Positions 28,179-38,243 of a DNA stretch of 64,000 bases are shown here, piece by piece. Each line of letters starts with the position of its first letter. The first letter of the stretch is position 1. The notes beneath the pieces were generated by a model, which did no database searches, was not told where the DNA came from, and worked only from the letters and a program-made list of their open reading frames with translations. Both the position numbers and the translations under genes were made by a program. Source of the stretch: Candidatus Woesearchaeota archaeon (GTDB lineage: Archaea; Nanobdellota; Nanobdellia; Pacearchaeales; GW2011-AR1); assembly GCA_964578845.1 (NCBI GenBank), contig CAZOEF010000003.1, forward strand, positions 5,009-69,008, given 5' to 3'.

Positions 28179-28541
28179 TTATGTGCTTCCTTCAATAATT
28201 CCAAATATCCCTCCTATCAAGGAAAAAGGGTCGCTTGTGAATATTCCTAATACTAATGCTATCACTCCTCCCATGAGTGAAGTCTTATCATATCTCATTA
28301 AGTTAGCTGCGTATATCTTCAAACATCCTATAATGGCAATAAATAAAAATATTATTAATAGCAAAACCCATAATATCTTAACAGGTATTGCAAACTCCCC
28401 TAAGAATTCATTATAGATTTCTCCTCCAGCCAGGACAAATACAAATCCTATTAAAATAGCTAAGGACATCAGCAAAGTGAGTATTCCTCCTATTAATGTC
28501 AATATATATCCAGGCATTGAGCCATTTTTCATTCTTCTCAT
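28179..28541 (-). CDS. Small integral membrane protein (3-4 TM helices)
   Basis: Hydrophobic helices run through the whole sequence. Confidence 0.5.
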   Translation of the reverse strand: MRRMKNGSMPGYILTLIGGILTLLMSLAILIGFVFVLAGGEIYNEFLGEFAIPVKILWVLLLIIFLFIAIIGCLKIYAANLMRYDKTSLMGGVIALVLGIFTSDPFSLIGGIFGIIEGST

Positions 28542-28590
28542 AAGTTATTTATATTTATAAAATTAATATAAGATGGCTGTATTAATTAAA

Positions 28591-31500
28591 CTATCTGATT
28601 TCAGCATAGAATATCACCTTTCTATCCCCGTTATCTATATACTCCCTTAATCTTGCAGGTATCCTTATTTCATAGTCATATATCCCATAAGTCCCTTGTA
28701 CATCTTTAGAAATATCTGTCACAAAAACTAAATCCTCTTTATCATCCTGGCTGAACTGCCCGTCGCCTATATCATCTGCTGTGTCCCAGAGTATTCCTGT
28801 AAAGAACTCTGTATTGTTTGTGGAATTTGCTGCTGGTATCTCATCTATAGTATTCCCGAAAATTATCAAGTCCAGGTCAGGGTTGCCTGTAAAGGTATTG
28901 CTGACTGAATCTACAAAACTTCCCATCCCTAACAAAGTATCTAAATCTGAAAGGTCATTAGCAGCATCCCCTTCAGAAGAAGTCTTGCCTATTGCCTGTA
29001 GATTAGTCCAGGAGATTGCAGATTCTGAATCAGCGACAAATAAGTTCCCATCCTCAAAATTGCTGGCATTCCAGATTAACAGTTTTTGGTCATCCTGGTC
29101 AGTCAGCCTGAATATGCTCTGTTCTTCTATTTGCCCATACACATATTGCCAAGCGCCAACTGTTGCAGCGCTGCTTATATTGTTATTCAATTCGTTCCAC
29201 TCCTCTATAGAGCCGTTGCTCAATATTGGAGGATCAACATGGACATGTATATCGCTAGTCCCTAAAGTGGCAGGCCAGTCTATTGAAACAATATCACTAG
29301 ATAATGGGTCTAATTGGTCTATAACCAAATCAGAATCTATTTGCTCTCCTCCAAGTAAAGGGTCTCCATCAAAGAATCTTACTGTTATGTTCCTGACAGT
29401 CACGTTTACTAGATTATATATTGCTGCATCCACTCTCACGGTCTCATTTTCCTTGGGGCTGGTAGAATTGAAGGTTATCGAAGAGGAATTGACCATCAGG
29501 TCTGCTAATGTCACATTGAAGACCCAGGTAACAGAGCTCCCCATATTAGGGGCATTATCAAAACAATCAACATCCCAATTATGCTGTCCTAGCTGATACT
29601 TTCCTAATGTCTGCACAGAAGAGCTTCCACTAGCCACATTAATATTAGTGGCGTTCAATACCCCATCCACATAAAGATTACAGCTAAGCTCATTGTCTAA
29701 GTTATCACTTACTGTGAAATTAAAGTCAACCAGTCTTAATACATTAGATCCGTTCAAAGGCAGAGTCAGATTGACAGTTGGGGGAGTTACATCTATAGTG
29801 AAGTTTGTTGTATTGGACTCTCCAGTATTGAAATCTGGGAAGGCATCAACACATTCAACATTCCAGTCATGGTGCCCCTCGCTTATTCCATTAACATCGA
29901 AAGTATTGTTCTGGTTAGCATCGACTGAATCATCGCTATTTATGAAGGAATCATCCATGAATAAAGAACAATTGAATATTCCAATCGCGTCCTCAGGCAG
30001 ATAAACAAATGTTAAGTCAGTGATATTCAATGTAGTGGTATCAGCCGGGAAAAGATTAGTGACTCTCGGAGGGGCTTCCATGACAAAAGAATATTCATCA
30101 CTTGAGTTGAAATTACCTGCATCATCGAAACATCCTATAGACCATGTATAACTGCCGTCCTGCTGGATGGAAGTTAGATTAGTTAGAGTTCCATTACTGA
30201 GTTCAGCGTCATCAATAGCGCTGAATCCATTAATGACAATATCGCAAGTCAATGACTGGTCTATATTATCAAATGCTGTTAATTCAAAAGTAATATTGTT
30301 CCAGTCAAGCAGGCTATTATTGGCGGGGCCAAGTATCTCAAAATAAGGTGCATGGGTATCTACAGTGAAATTCCTGGTTTCATTGCTGCTCCCTACTAGG
30401 CCAGTTAAGTCAGTCACATCAACGCTCCAGTTATATAATCCATCAGGAAGCTGGAAAGTGAAATTGTTCATGCCTCCATTTATCACTGCTGATTGGTTAG
30501 TAACATTTGCTAAACCGTTCAATATCAATGTTGAATTCGCTATGTTATCGTTGTCATCCGTAGTATTATAAAACAGGGTAATGTTCGGTGTACTAAAGAA
30601 ATGGTTGTTTTGAGGATTGATTAATTCTACAACAGGCGCGAATGCCAGGGTAAAGTTCCTTGTCTCGCTAGTTATAGAGTTGAATGCATCATCCACACAA
30701 GTCACGTTCCAATATTTCAATCCTCCTTGTGTGAAGAACACGCTCCTGTTAGTGATCGCGCCATTTGTAGCGTTGAATGAATCAACTATCTGGCTATTTA
30801 CATTGATATTACACTGCAGAAGATTATCTAAATTATCCGTGGCATTATAGCTGAATTCAACAGTATCTGTGAATAATTCATCTCCGTCAAAAGGATATAA
30901 CAAGCTTATATTGAGCCCGTCTGTGTCTACTGTGAATGTTCTTGTCTCTGATTGGTTTAACAATCCTATGATGTCTGTACAGTCCACTCTCCATAAATGT
31001 ACTCCTGAGGATATACCACTAATATTAAAGGCATTCACTCCTCCGTTCACTATCGCTGATTGGTTTGTCTGGCTGGAAGTTCCATCAACATATAGCTCAC
31101 ACATATTAAACGCTGTATTATCGATAGGCTGATATTCCAAAGTAATATTCGGCTCATTGAAGAAGGAATTATTTGCAGTCATTAACTGTATGCTTGGGCT
31201 TTCACTAACATTGACAAACCAATTCTCGCTAAATCCTGTAGCATCCGCGCTATTCACGCAGCTTGCATTCCACATCTGCATACCATCAAACAATCCATTA
31301 ACCACTCTGCTAACAATGCTGTTATTTGTTACAGTAAAGCCTAAATCTTGTTGGTTTCCTGCATACAGGTTACACACAAAGGAAGAATCAAAATTATCCA
31401 CCGCTGTAAAGTTGAAGGCCACTGTTGAAGAATTAGATAAACTGTTATTTGCAGGGGATATCAATGTTATTGTTGGGGCATTTAAGTCAGTCCTTATTGA

Positions 31501-34500
31501 TAAGCTTCTGCTGATGCTTGAGCTCTTGCCAAGCAAATCTGTTGCATAAGCTGAATAATTATATTCTCCATCAGGTAAACCTGTCAGATTAGCATAGAAT
31601 TGCCAACTGTCTGGATCATATTTAGAGACGCTTGTAGAATAACTCATGCTCACCTCTTCCGGGCTTAATGCCCTATCATAGATATTTACTTCATCAATCA
31701 TACCTTGCCAGGATTCCCCATAATTGGCGTTCAATATACCTATATACATATCAGCCACGCTTTCTCTAGAGATAGTTGTAGCAGTAGAATCAGCAGTGCC
31801 AACAAGCTCCCCGTTATAATAAAATTTCTTCCTTTCTCCGGATGGTAGCGAACCATCAAAAGTGACCGCTAAATGAGTCCATTCATTTGCTGTGACAGCA
31901 ACTCCTGAACTGTCTCTTTCTGTTCCAATATCAAAATATATTTCCCTATCTGTGAACAGGAATATGCTCCAGGCCCTATTGTTTGTTGAATCAACTCTCT
32001 TAGAGGCAATACCTCTTGCAAGCTCATCATTGGCTGTGTCTAGTATCCATGCTTCAAAGGTGAACTGGTCCATATCATCTAAGCTCGCATCATCAGGTAT
32101 TTCTATCCAGTCATTAGTTCCATCAAATCCTACAGCTGAATTATACCTTCCATTTTGCACCCAATTAGCATTTCCGTTTAAAACTCCGTTATTGCCATAT
32201 ATAGAAGAGTCAATAATATTAGTACTATTTTCTCCTAAGATTGTCCTATTATCTAGGTCCATCATAAGGACAAGGCTTTCATTGTATAAAGTGTAATTTG
32301 TATTATTCCATTGCCAGATAAAATCTGCTAAATTAGCCTCAGTCATTGAAATGTTTATTTCAGTATGATTAGCTGTGACTGTAGTTTCATCAGCAGGGGT
32401 AGGTGAGACAAAACTCATTGCAGGGGCAGTTGCATCAACTGAAAACTCTACTTCCTCTGAAGTTCCAGTAAGCCCGAATGTGCTTGTGCAGCTGAAGATT
32501 ACTGTATGCGTCCCATCTGCTACAGTGGGAAGTGCTGAAAAATAAGTTGAATTGGCCATAGTCATAGATACGTTTGATTCTCCATCAAGGCTATAACTGC
32601 AGGAATTGCTAGCCTTATCTACTGAGACTTCAAATGGAACTTGGCTAACTCCGTAAAGGTCTTCTAGAGGAGATATCACAGTAATCACTGGGGGAAGGGT
32701 TTCAGTAGTATTGATAATTACATATCTCACTTCAGTCATGTTAGAGTTTCCTGCAAAATTCTCAGCATAGCCATAATAGCTATACACACCATCAGCTAAA
32801 TTTGTCACATTTGCAAAAAATTGCCATGTTCCGCTATCTTTCTGGAATTCATAACTACTGTGGGCGCTTATCTCATCATCACTCAATGCCCTATCCCATA
32901 TCCTGAATTCGTCCACATTTCCTTCTAAGCCTCCTGAATCCCTAGATCCAATTTCATAATCAGGAGAGATAGCACTTATTGAAGTCTGTGTATCTGTTCC
33001 GTTATAGATATTTTCTCCATTCAGGTATATCCTTGTAGCGCCGTTATCAAAGACAAAAACCCAGTGGTTCCATTCATCAGTAGTAAGGATGTTCTGTACA
33101 GTGTGGCTGTTTCTCCAGTCACCTTCCAAATTCCATCTTAACCTTAAGTTTGATGACCCTGGAATATTGAAACTGTCCCCGAATTCTATCAATACATTGC
33201 CATCAGCCCAAAGCAAGTACTGGTCCTGTGAGAGGGAGCTTTGGTTCACCCATGTAGATATTGTTGCTTTGCTTTGCCCGTTAAGCTTATCAAAGGAAGG
33301 TACAGTCACTCGATCAGTTCCGCCTGAAAAACTAATTCCTCCGTCCTGTTTACCTGCAGAAATTAATGTTGCTCCATTTATTGTTCCATTATTTGTATAT
33401 TGGCTTAAGTCAGAAACTGTGTTAGCGTCTCCAAAATCACTCTCATTATCAAAATTATACGCTAAAACCAAATTTGGTTCAGGGATTAAATTAAGAGGCC
33501 CGCTTCCTAGAATAGGTTGGGTTATGTCTATTAAGTCATTTGTCGATTCATTTCCATAGAATAGACCAAGTTCATTAGGCCCAAAAGTATAATTCTTGCC
33601 ATTGAAATTAAATATGAATCTCTCTAGGCTACTGTCTTCTATAGTTATGTTAATAGGGATATTATTGATTAACCTCATAGTCCCATTAGTTAAGGTCGGA
33701 GGAGTAAAATATATTGAGGGTATTCCTGCTAAATTTATTGTTGTTGAATCACTCTCATCACTGTCATAATCTGATGCTGTAAAGCATCTTAGGTTATTTA
33801 CAGAATCCTGGTTTCCCTGCAGATTAAAAGTAGTCTGTACAGGGGTCGTCCCTATATTCCCTAAATCATGTGGATTCGTCTCTCCTGCTCCTAAAATAAT
33901 GTTTCCCGATGAGCTTATGTTCCGCCAATCTTCTGAAGAAGTATTGCTCTGTACATAGACTTCAACATTCCTGCATATTCCGATGGTGCAACTAGCTTCA
34001 CAAGTAACATTAAATGATTCACCCACTGCAGCTCCAGGATCAACTAAAGGATTGGTTAAGTTGGAGTTTACAAATCCCTCTGTAGTTATATTAATATCCA
34101 CAAATGAGCTGGTAAATCCTTCCCAACCATGAGTTATTGACCTTGCTTGTGTGCTATGGGTATTAAATCCATTGATAACTAATTGGATCCTATCTTGAGA
34201 GCTGAGATAAAAATCAGTTGGAAAGCAGGTTGAGTTTGAGGCAGTTTCTGTCCCGAGATTTGCAGGCTCTCCATTAGGGCCGTCATCTCCAAACTGGCAT
34301 AGAAGGCTAGTAGAGGTTGAATTCATCAGCAACAATTTCCAGGTCAGCTCAATATTTCCGCTTGTTGTAGTGAAGCTGCTTTGCCAATTAACAGTAGTCC
34401 CTGCAGGGATAATAGCTCCATTATTTCCCAGATGGTGTGATGTGGCATTAACCATATGTGCAAATTGCCCTGCAATTATGCTGAAGGCGGCAGTGTTTCC

Positions 34501-36987
34501 ACTTCCGTCCTCACTATCATCAAGATTTATTATAGCTGGATCATTTCCTGTAAAGCTCTGGGTAGAAGTCTCAAAAAGCCTTGTTCCAAAAACGCTTGGA
34601 GTTATATCAACATCGACTGTCTTATTGTCTGTTATAAAAGTATTCCCGCCGTCATCCGAGCATTCAACAGCCCATGAATGCTCTCCATTAGGGAGATAAT
34701 AAAAGAATGATTGGTTAATTGATTCTTCAACAGAATTGACAGTTGTAGAAAATATTCCATCAACATATAATGAACAGCTGCTGATCCCTGATGCTGCATC
34801 TGTAGCATTGTAGATGAATTCAAGGTCAAATGGATCATTAATTGTGCTCCCATTTACTGGCGAAACTAAGCTTACAATTGGAGGAGTTAAGTCAACTGTA
34901 AATGTCCTATTAGAAACTGCGAAAACACATTCATCATCAGTGCAGCATTCTACATTCCAGATAAATGTCCCGCTTGAACTATAGGAATTAGTAAAGAAAT
35001 TTTCTGATCCGTTTGTTATTGAGTTATCTGTCTGGTTCAGAACAAAGCTGCCAGTAGAATCATCCCATAAGCTGCAACTAACAATAGGATCGTTAGATAC
35101 TGGAGTGTAATTGAAAGATACAGGAGAGCTTACAAATCCATCATTTTCTGGGCTGTTTAATGTTACTCCGAAATTTCCGGTGAATGATTCCTCATAATCC
35201 ACATCAAAATATAGCACATCCCAGTTAGCAGTTGATGGCCCCCCTGCATTAGTGGTCTTTACAGCTTCTGATTTTGCTCTAGCCCTAGTTCCGCTCGCTC
35301 CGAAGAAATTTGAACAAGTCCAATCCTCTAAACTAGTTACATCCACGCAGCTCACTCCTGGATTCGGGCTAGTCCCCGGACAGCTGCTAGATACTGCCTG
35401 CCAGCTATTGTCACCATCATTATCGACCGAGATATCACAATCCGTTACTGAGCTAGTTCCTGTCCACCATTCATAGCATAGTTCTACAGTTTGTATTGTA
35501 TTGCAGTTTGTAATGCTTGAATTATAGGATTCAATTCTAATCCCTCCATACCTTGAATTTCCATGGATATTGTGGGCCTCTAAAAAACCATCGTTGCATG
35601 AAAGCAGATCCCCTGAGGATCCACAAGCTCCAGGATAACTTCCGTCGCAGGCAGATCCAAAGCTTCCTTGTGATCCTTGGCTTTCAGCTGAACATACTTG
35701 CGCCCTTAGGTCAGTAGCTCCCGATGGCGCTGCAGTCGGATCGACAATTAAATCAAATTCCAAGTATGATTCCCCTGTCCCTGACTGGTCAACCACTTTC
35801 AGATCAAAAGAATCATGCATTCCAGCCATTCCAGTCAATAATTCCCTATAATAGGCTTCAGCAGTTATCAATGGAAAATCAATTACCTTAATATCTGTCC
35901 CTGCTATATATACCTCAACATTGACAGGTTTGCCGCTTGGATTTCTTGCATAAAAGGTAATATCATTAACACTTGTCAAGCTTTTTTCAAAAACAACTCT
36001 TGCATATTCTCTATTATTAATTTGCTCACTCCATATTCCATCTAGAGATCTAACTTGTTGATATATATCAGAAATGAACTCTTTATTCTCATCAAGATGC
36101 TGTGCAGAGGTTATTAGGATTATGATAAAATTCTGATCACTATCCATTTCAGGAATTATCCACTCAATCCTGTCTATTGATCCATCATTATTCGTATCGA
36201 CAGGATTGAAATCTATGTACTTGTCTTTTTCTTGCCAATAGACTTTTATTGAATTTGGATCTAAGCCATCTACATCTGAAAAAGCAAGGACATTGTTATA
36301 TTTTAATCCTGAAGATTTTATCTTAACTTTCTTCTCTTTATTATTGATCAAAGTCTCTTCTTTTTCAGGTCCAGGAGTATAATATGTAAGTTCAGAATTG
36401 CCTCTAAAATTTATTGGCTGAATATATTTCTCAGTCTGTATATTTAATCCGACAATCCTCAAAAGACTAGCTATACCTCCATCATCTATTGTGAAATCTA
36501 TTTCTTCGTTCTCACTGGATAAAGTTATATTGTAAGCCTCTGAAGGAATTCCTATCCTTTCCTGGACACTTACCTCTTTTTTCCATCTAACAGGTTCACC
36601 TATCTTAACAAAAGTCTCTTCATTTTGATAGATTGAAGTCTGGACAACTTCATTGTTTAATATCTGTTGATCAATCACCTCAAATTGATAGGATTCAAGA
36701 TTATCTTCATAGAATAAGACTAATGTGTATTTTCCAGTTTCCTCAGGGTTGAATGCGAATACATCATCGCTCCCTTCCTTAAGGTATGAAGTTGAAGGAG
36801 TGTTTATTTTTATCCTATAATTATCAATTCCTTTTAAGTCTATGCTGACCTTCTCTCCCAAATAATAAGTCTCTTTGTTTATGATGGCAGATGACAGATC
36901 AGATGAAAAAAGTGTGAATAAGATTGCAAATGTTCCTAGAACAAATAAAAAGATAATTCCTAGTTTTACAATTCCCTTCTGGTTCAT
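28591..36987 (-). CDS. Giant (2798 aa) N-terminally anchored surface adhesin with 2 LamG-like lectin domains, more than 10 Ig-like repeats and a CARDB-like domain
   Basis: The N-terminal helix is VKLGIIFLFVLGTFAILFTLF. LamG-like modules lie at about 32870..33472 and about 31650..32274 (…VDEFRIWDRALSDDEI and …IDEVNIYDRALSPEEV). Repeats of P-x-I-x-L-x-S/P-x-N…F-x-Y…D…C-x-L recur through the protein. A CARDB-like module lies at about 29180..29470 and ends in EWNELNNN. N-x-S/T sequons are very dense. Confidence 0.85.
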   Translation of the reverse strand: MNQKGIVKLGIIFLFVLGTFAILFTLFSSDLSSAIINKETYYLGEKVSIDLKGIDNYRIKINTPSTSYLKEGSDDVFAFNPEETGKYTLVLFYEDNLESYQFEVIDQQILNNEVVQTSIYQNEETFVKIGEPVRWKKEVSVQERIGIPSEAYNITLSSENEEIDFTIDDGGIASLLRIVGLNIQTEKYIQPINFRGNSELTYYTPGPEKEETLINNKEKKVKIKSSGLKYNNVLAFSDVDGLDPNSIKVYWQEKDKYIDFNPVDTNNDGSIDRIEWIIPEMDSDQNFIIILITSAQHLDENKEFISDIYQQVRSLDGIWSEQINNREYARVVFEKSLTSVNDITFYARNPSGKPVNVEVYIAGTDIKVIDFPLITAEAYYRELLTGMAGMHDSFDLKVVDQSGTGESYLEFDLIVDPTAAPSGATDLRAQVCSAESQGSQGSFGSACDGSYPGACGSSGDLLSCNDGFLEAHNIHGNSRYGGIRIESYNSSITNCNTIQTVELCYEWWTGTSSVTDCDISVDNDGDNSWQAVSSSCPGTSPNPGVSCVDVTSLEDWTCSNFFGASGTRARAKSEAVKTTNAGGPSTANWDVLYFDVDYEESFTGNFGVTLNSPENDGFVSSPVSFNYTPVSNDPIVSCSLWDDSTGSFVLNQTDNSITNGSENFFTNSYSSSGTFIWNVECCTDDECVFAVSNRTFTVDLTPPIVSLVSPVNGSTINDPFDLEFIYNATDAASGISSCSLYVDGIFSTTVNSVEESINQSFFYYLPNGEHSWAVECSDDGGNTFITDNKTVDVDITPSVFGTRLFETSTQSFTGNDPAIINLDDSEDGSGNTAAFSIIAGQFAHMVNATSHHLGNNGAIIPAGTTVNWQSSFTTTSGNIELTWKLLLMNSTSTSLLCQFGDDGPNGEPANLGTETASNSTCFPTDFYLSSQDRIQLVINGFNTHSTQARSITHGWEGFTSSFVDINITTEGFVNSNLTNPLVDPGAAVGESFNVTCEASCTIGICRNVEVYVQSNTSSEDWRNISSSGNIILGAGETNPHDLGNIGTTPVQTTFNLQGNQDSVNNLRCFTASDYDSDESDSTTINLAGIPSIYFTPPTLTNGTMRLINNIPINITIEDSSLERFIFNFNGKNYTFGPNELGLFYGNESTNDLIDITQPILGSGPLNLIPEPNLVLAYNFDNESDFGDANTVSDLSQYTNNGTINGATLISAGKQDGGISFSGGTDRVTVPSFDKLNGQSKATISTWVNQSSLSQDQYLLWADGNVLIEFGDSFNIPGSSNLRLRWNLEGDWRNSHTVQNILTTDEWNHWVFVFDNGATRIYLNGENIYNGTDTQTSISAISPDYEIGSRDSGGLEGNVDEFRIWDRALSDDEISAHSSYEFQKDSGTWQFFANVTNLADGVYSYYGYAENFAGNSNMTEVRYVIINTTETLPPVITVISPLEDLYGVSQVPFEVSVDKASNSCSYSLDGESNVSMTMANSTYFSALPTVADGTHTVIFSCTSTFGLTGTSEEVEFSVDATAPAMSFVSPTPADETTVTANHTEINISMTEANLADFIWQWNNTNYTLYNESLVLMMDLDNRTILGENSTNIIDSSIYGNNGVLNGNANWVQNGRYNSAVGFDGTNDWIEIPDDASLDDMDQFTFEAWILDTANDELARGIASKRVDSTNNRAWSIFLFTDREIYFDIGTERDSSGVAVTANEWTHLAVTFDGSLPSGERKKFYYNGELVGTADSTATTISRESVADMYIGILNANYGESWQGMIDEVNIYDRALSPEEVSMSYSTSVSKYDPDSWQFYANLTGLPDGEYNYSAYATDLLGKSSSISRSLSIRTDLNAPTITLISPANNSLSNSSTVAFNFTAVDNFDSSFVCNLYAGNQQDLGFTVTNNSIVSRVVNGLFDGMQMWNASCVNSADATGFSENWFVNVSESPSIQLMTANNSFFNEPNITLEYQPIDNTAFNMCELYVDGTSSQTNQSAIVNGGVNAFNISGISSGVHLWRVDCTDIIGLLNQSETRTFTVDTDGLNISLLYPFDGDELFTDTVEFSYNATDNLDNLLQCNINVNSQIVDSFNATNGAITNRSVFFTQGGLKYWNVTCVDDAFNSITSETRNFTLAFAPVVELINPQNNHFFSTPNITLFYNTTDDNDNIANSTLILNGLANVTNQSAVINGGMNNFTFQLPDGLYNWSVDVTDLTGLVGSSNETRNFTVDTHAPYFEILGPANNSLLDWNNITFELTAFDNIDQSLTCDIVINGFSAIDDAELSNGTLTNLTSIQQDGSYTWSIGCFDDAGNFNSSDEYSFVMEAPPRVTNLFPADTTTLNITDLTFVYLPEDAIGIFNCSLFMDDSFINSDDSVDANQNNTFDVNGISEGHHDWNVECVDAFPDFNTGESNTTNFTIDVTPPTVNLTLPLNGSNVLRLVDFNFTVSDNLDNELSCNLYVDGVLNATNINVASGSSSVQTLGKYQLGQHNWDVDCFDNAPNMGSSVTWVFNVTLADLMVNSSSITFNSTSPKENETVRVDAAIYNLVNVTVRNITVRFFDGDPLLGGEQIDSDLVIDQLDPLSSDIVSIDWPATLGTSDIHVHVDPPILSNGSIEEWNELNNNISSAATVGAWQYVYGQIEEQSIFRLTDQDDQKLLIWNASNFEDGNLFVADSESAISWTNLQAIGKTSSEGDAANDLSDLDTLLGMGSFVDSVSNTFTGNPDLDLIIFGNTIDEIPAANSTNNTEFFTGILWDTADDIGDGQFSQDDKEDLVFVTDISKDVQGTYGIYDYEIRIPARLREYIDNGDRKVIFYAEIR

Positions 36988-37148
36988 CTCTTCCTCCTCA
37001 CAGAAATGCTCTTTCTCTCTGGATCATAATACAGATCTATAAAGTCCCCTTCCTTTAGATCAAGATTCTCTAAGAGCTCTTTCGGTATTGCAATCCTATT
37101 TAGCCCTTGTATTTTTACGCCTCTCTTGAATAATATCTCCTCTTTCAT
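36984..37148 (-). CDS. AbrB/SpoVT-type small DNA-binding protein (54 aa), not in the ORF track
   Basis: My own translation is MKEEILFKRGVKIQGLNRIAIPKELLENLDLKEGDFIDLYYDPERKSISVRRKR. The core RIAIPKEL...L.LKEGD is the AbrB looped-hinge-helix signature. Its TGA overlaps the ATG of the giant gene (ATGA at 36984..36987). Confidence 0.65.
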   Translation of the reverse strand: MKEEILFKRGVKIQGLNRIAIPKELLENLDLKEGDFIDLYYDPERKSISVRRKR

Positions 37149-37235
37149 ACTTTTAAAATACTATCTTTATACTAAATTAATACTAGTATTTAAACCTGAT
37201 TATATATTAAAATTGAATACAATATTTAAAAAATT

Positions 37236-38240
37236 TTAGATGCCTGGAGCTTGTGTTGCTCCAAAAATGATGTTTCCTGAACAGCTTCCAGCTACACCAG
37301 TAGGTACATAAATTCTCCAGTAAGTAGCATTTGTGTCGTCTAAATAAGGAGCTGCATCATTTAGTCTATAAGGCAAATTAAATCTTCTAACTACATTAGA
37401 ACTAGTAAGATTTGAGTACAGGGATTCAAATTCTGCCGGTGTTAAAGCACTGCTATTCGAGATAGTTAGATTATACTTTTCATAATTTACAGATATATTC
37501 TTTATTGCTCCAAGAGTGCAATTCATGGCCAAACCATCTCCTTGTGTGACTGCGTATCCTTCAAGGCTTAAATTAAGGAATACATTTCCAAAATTAGTGA
37601 CGTTAGCTAGTTGTTCTGATGAAACAAATGTGGCATTCACTTCACCATAATCAATTGAATCAGGCAAGCCTACTGCTAAAAGTGTATTAATAGTAATTAA
37701 GTCGCTGTCCTGATCAGTAAGGCTGACGTTGTCTGTAGCAACCACTGTAGCGTTCCAGGTAGCATTGTTTGCATAATATTCTACATCAAAAGTGCAGGAC
37801 GCATTGACTTCATACTGGTCTCCATAAGCTGTATCAATAAAGCAGGAATTATTAGTATAATGATGGTTATTATCATCTGCATCCCCGTAAGAGGAAGTAA
37901 CAGAATCAAAGAAATGGGCAGTAAAGTTAATTATATCATCTTCGCCATTGAAATCTCTTGCAATTATATTGACAATTACAGGGGTTGTAGCATTTGCAGT
38001 AAGATCTACTCCTGAATCATCATTATTGATCGAAACATTAAGAATTTCTGGTGAAACAGTCCCTACTTCAAGCTGTGTGTTGACAGTCACACTCTCTCCA
38101 ACTATAGCTAAAGCTAGATTAGGGAATAAAGTAAGCACTGCAACAAAGAACAGCACTTCCACAGTTAACAATATAGTTACGAAAAGAGCTTCCTTCTGTC
38201 TTAAAGGATTTCTATTTAAAGTATTATTTTTTTTGTTCAT
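37236..38240 (-). CDS. Secreted or anchored surface protein (334 aa)
   Basis: A polar basic N-region (MNKKNNTLNRNPLRQKE) precedes a roughly 25-residue hydrophobic segment. The protein is N/T/S-rich with many sequons and 4+ Cys. Confidence 0.6.
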   Translation of the reverse strand: MNKKNNTLNRNPLRQKEALFVTILLTVEVLFFVAVLTLFPNLALAIVGESVTVNTQLEVGTVSPEILNVSINNDDSGVDLTANATTPVIVNIIARDFNGEDDIINFTAHFFDSVTSSYGDADDNNHHYTNNSCFIDTAYGDQYEVNASCTFDVEYYANNATWNATVVATDNVSLTDQDSDLITINTLLAVGLPDSIDYGEVNATFVSSEQLANVTNFGNVFLNLSLEGYAVTQGDGLAMNCTLGAIKNISVNYEKYNLTISNSSALTPAEFESLYSNLTSSNVVRRFNLPYRLNDAAPYLDDTNATYWRIYVPTGVAGSCSGNIIFGATQAPGI

Positions 38241-38243
38241 TTT

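Noticed and set aside
28781-35476. Many plus-strand ORFs (for example 28781..29596 at 271 aa, and 33089..33559 at 156 aa) lie inside the giant minus-strand gene.
   Set aside because: They lie antisense to a continuous 8.4-kb ORF with clear domain structure. Their translations are low-complexity S/L/P-rich shadow sequence, with no start context or recognisable motifs.
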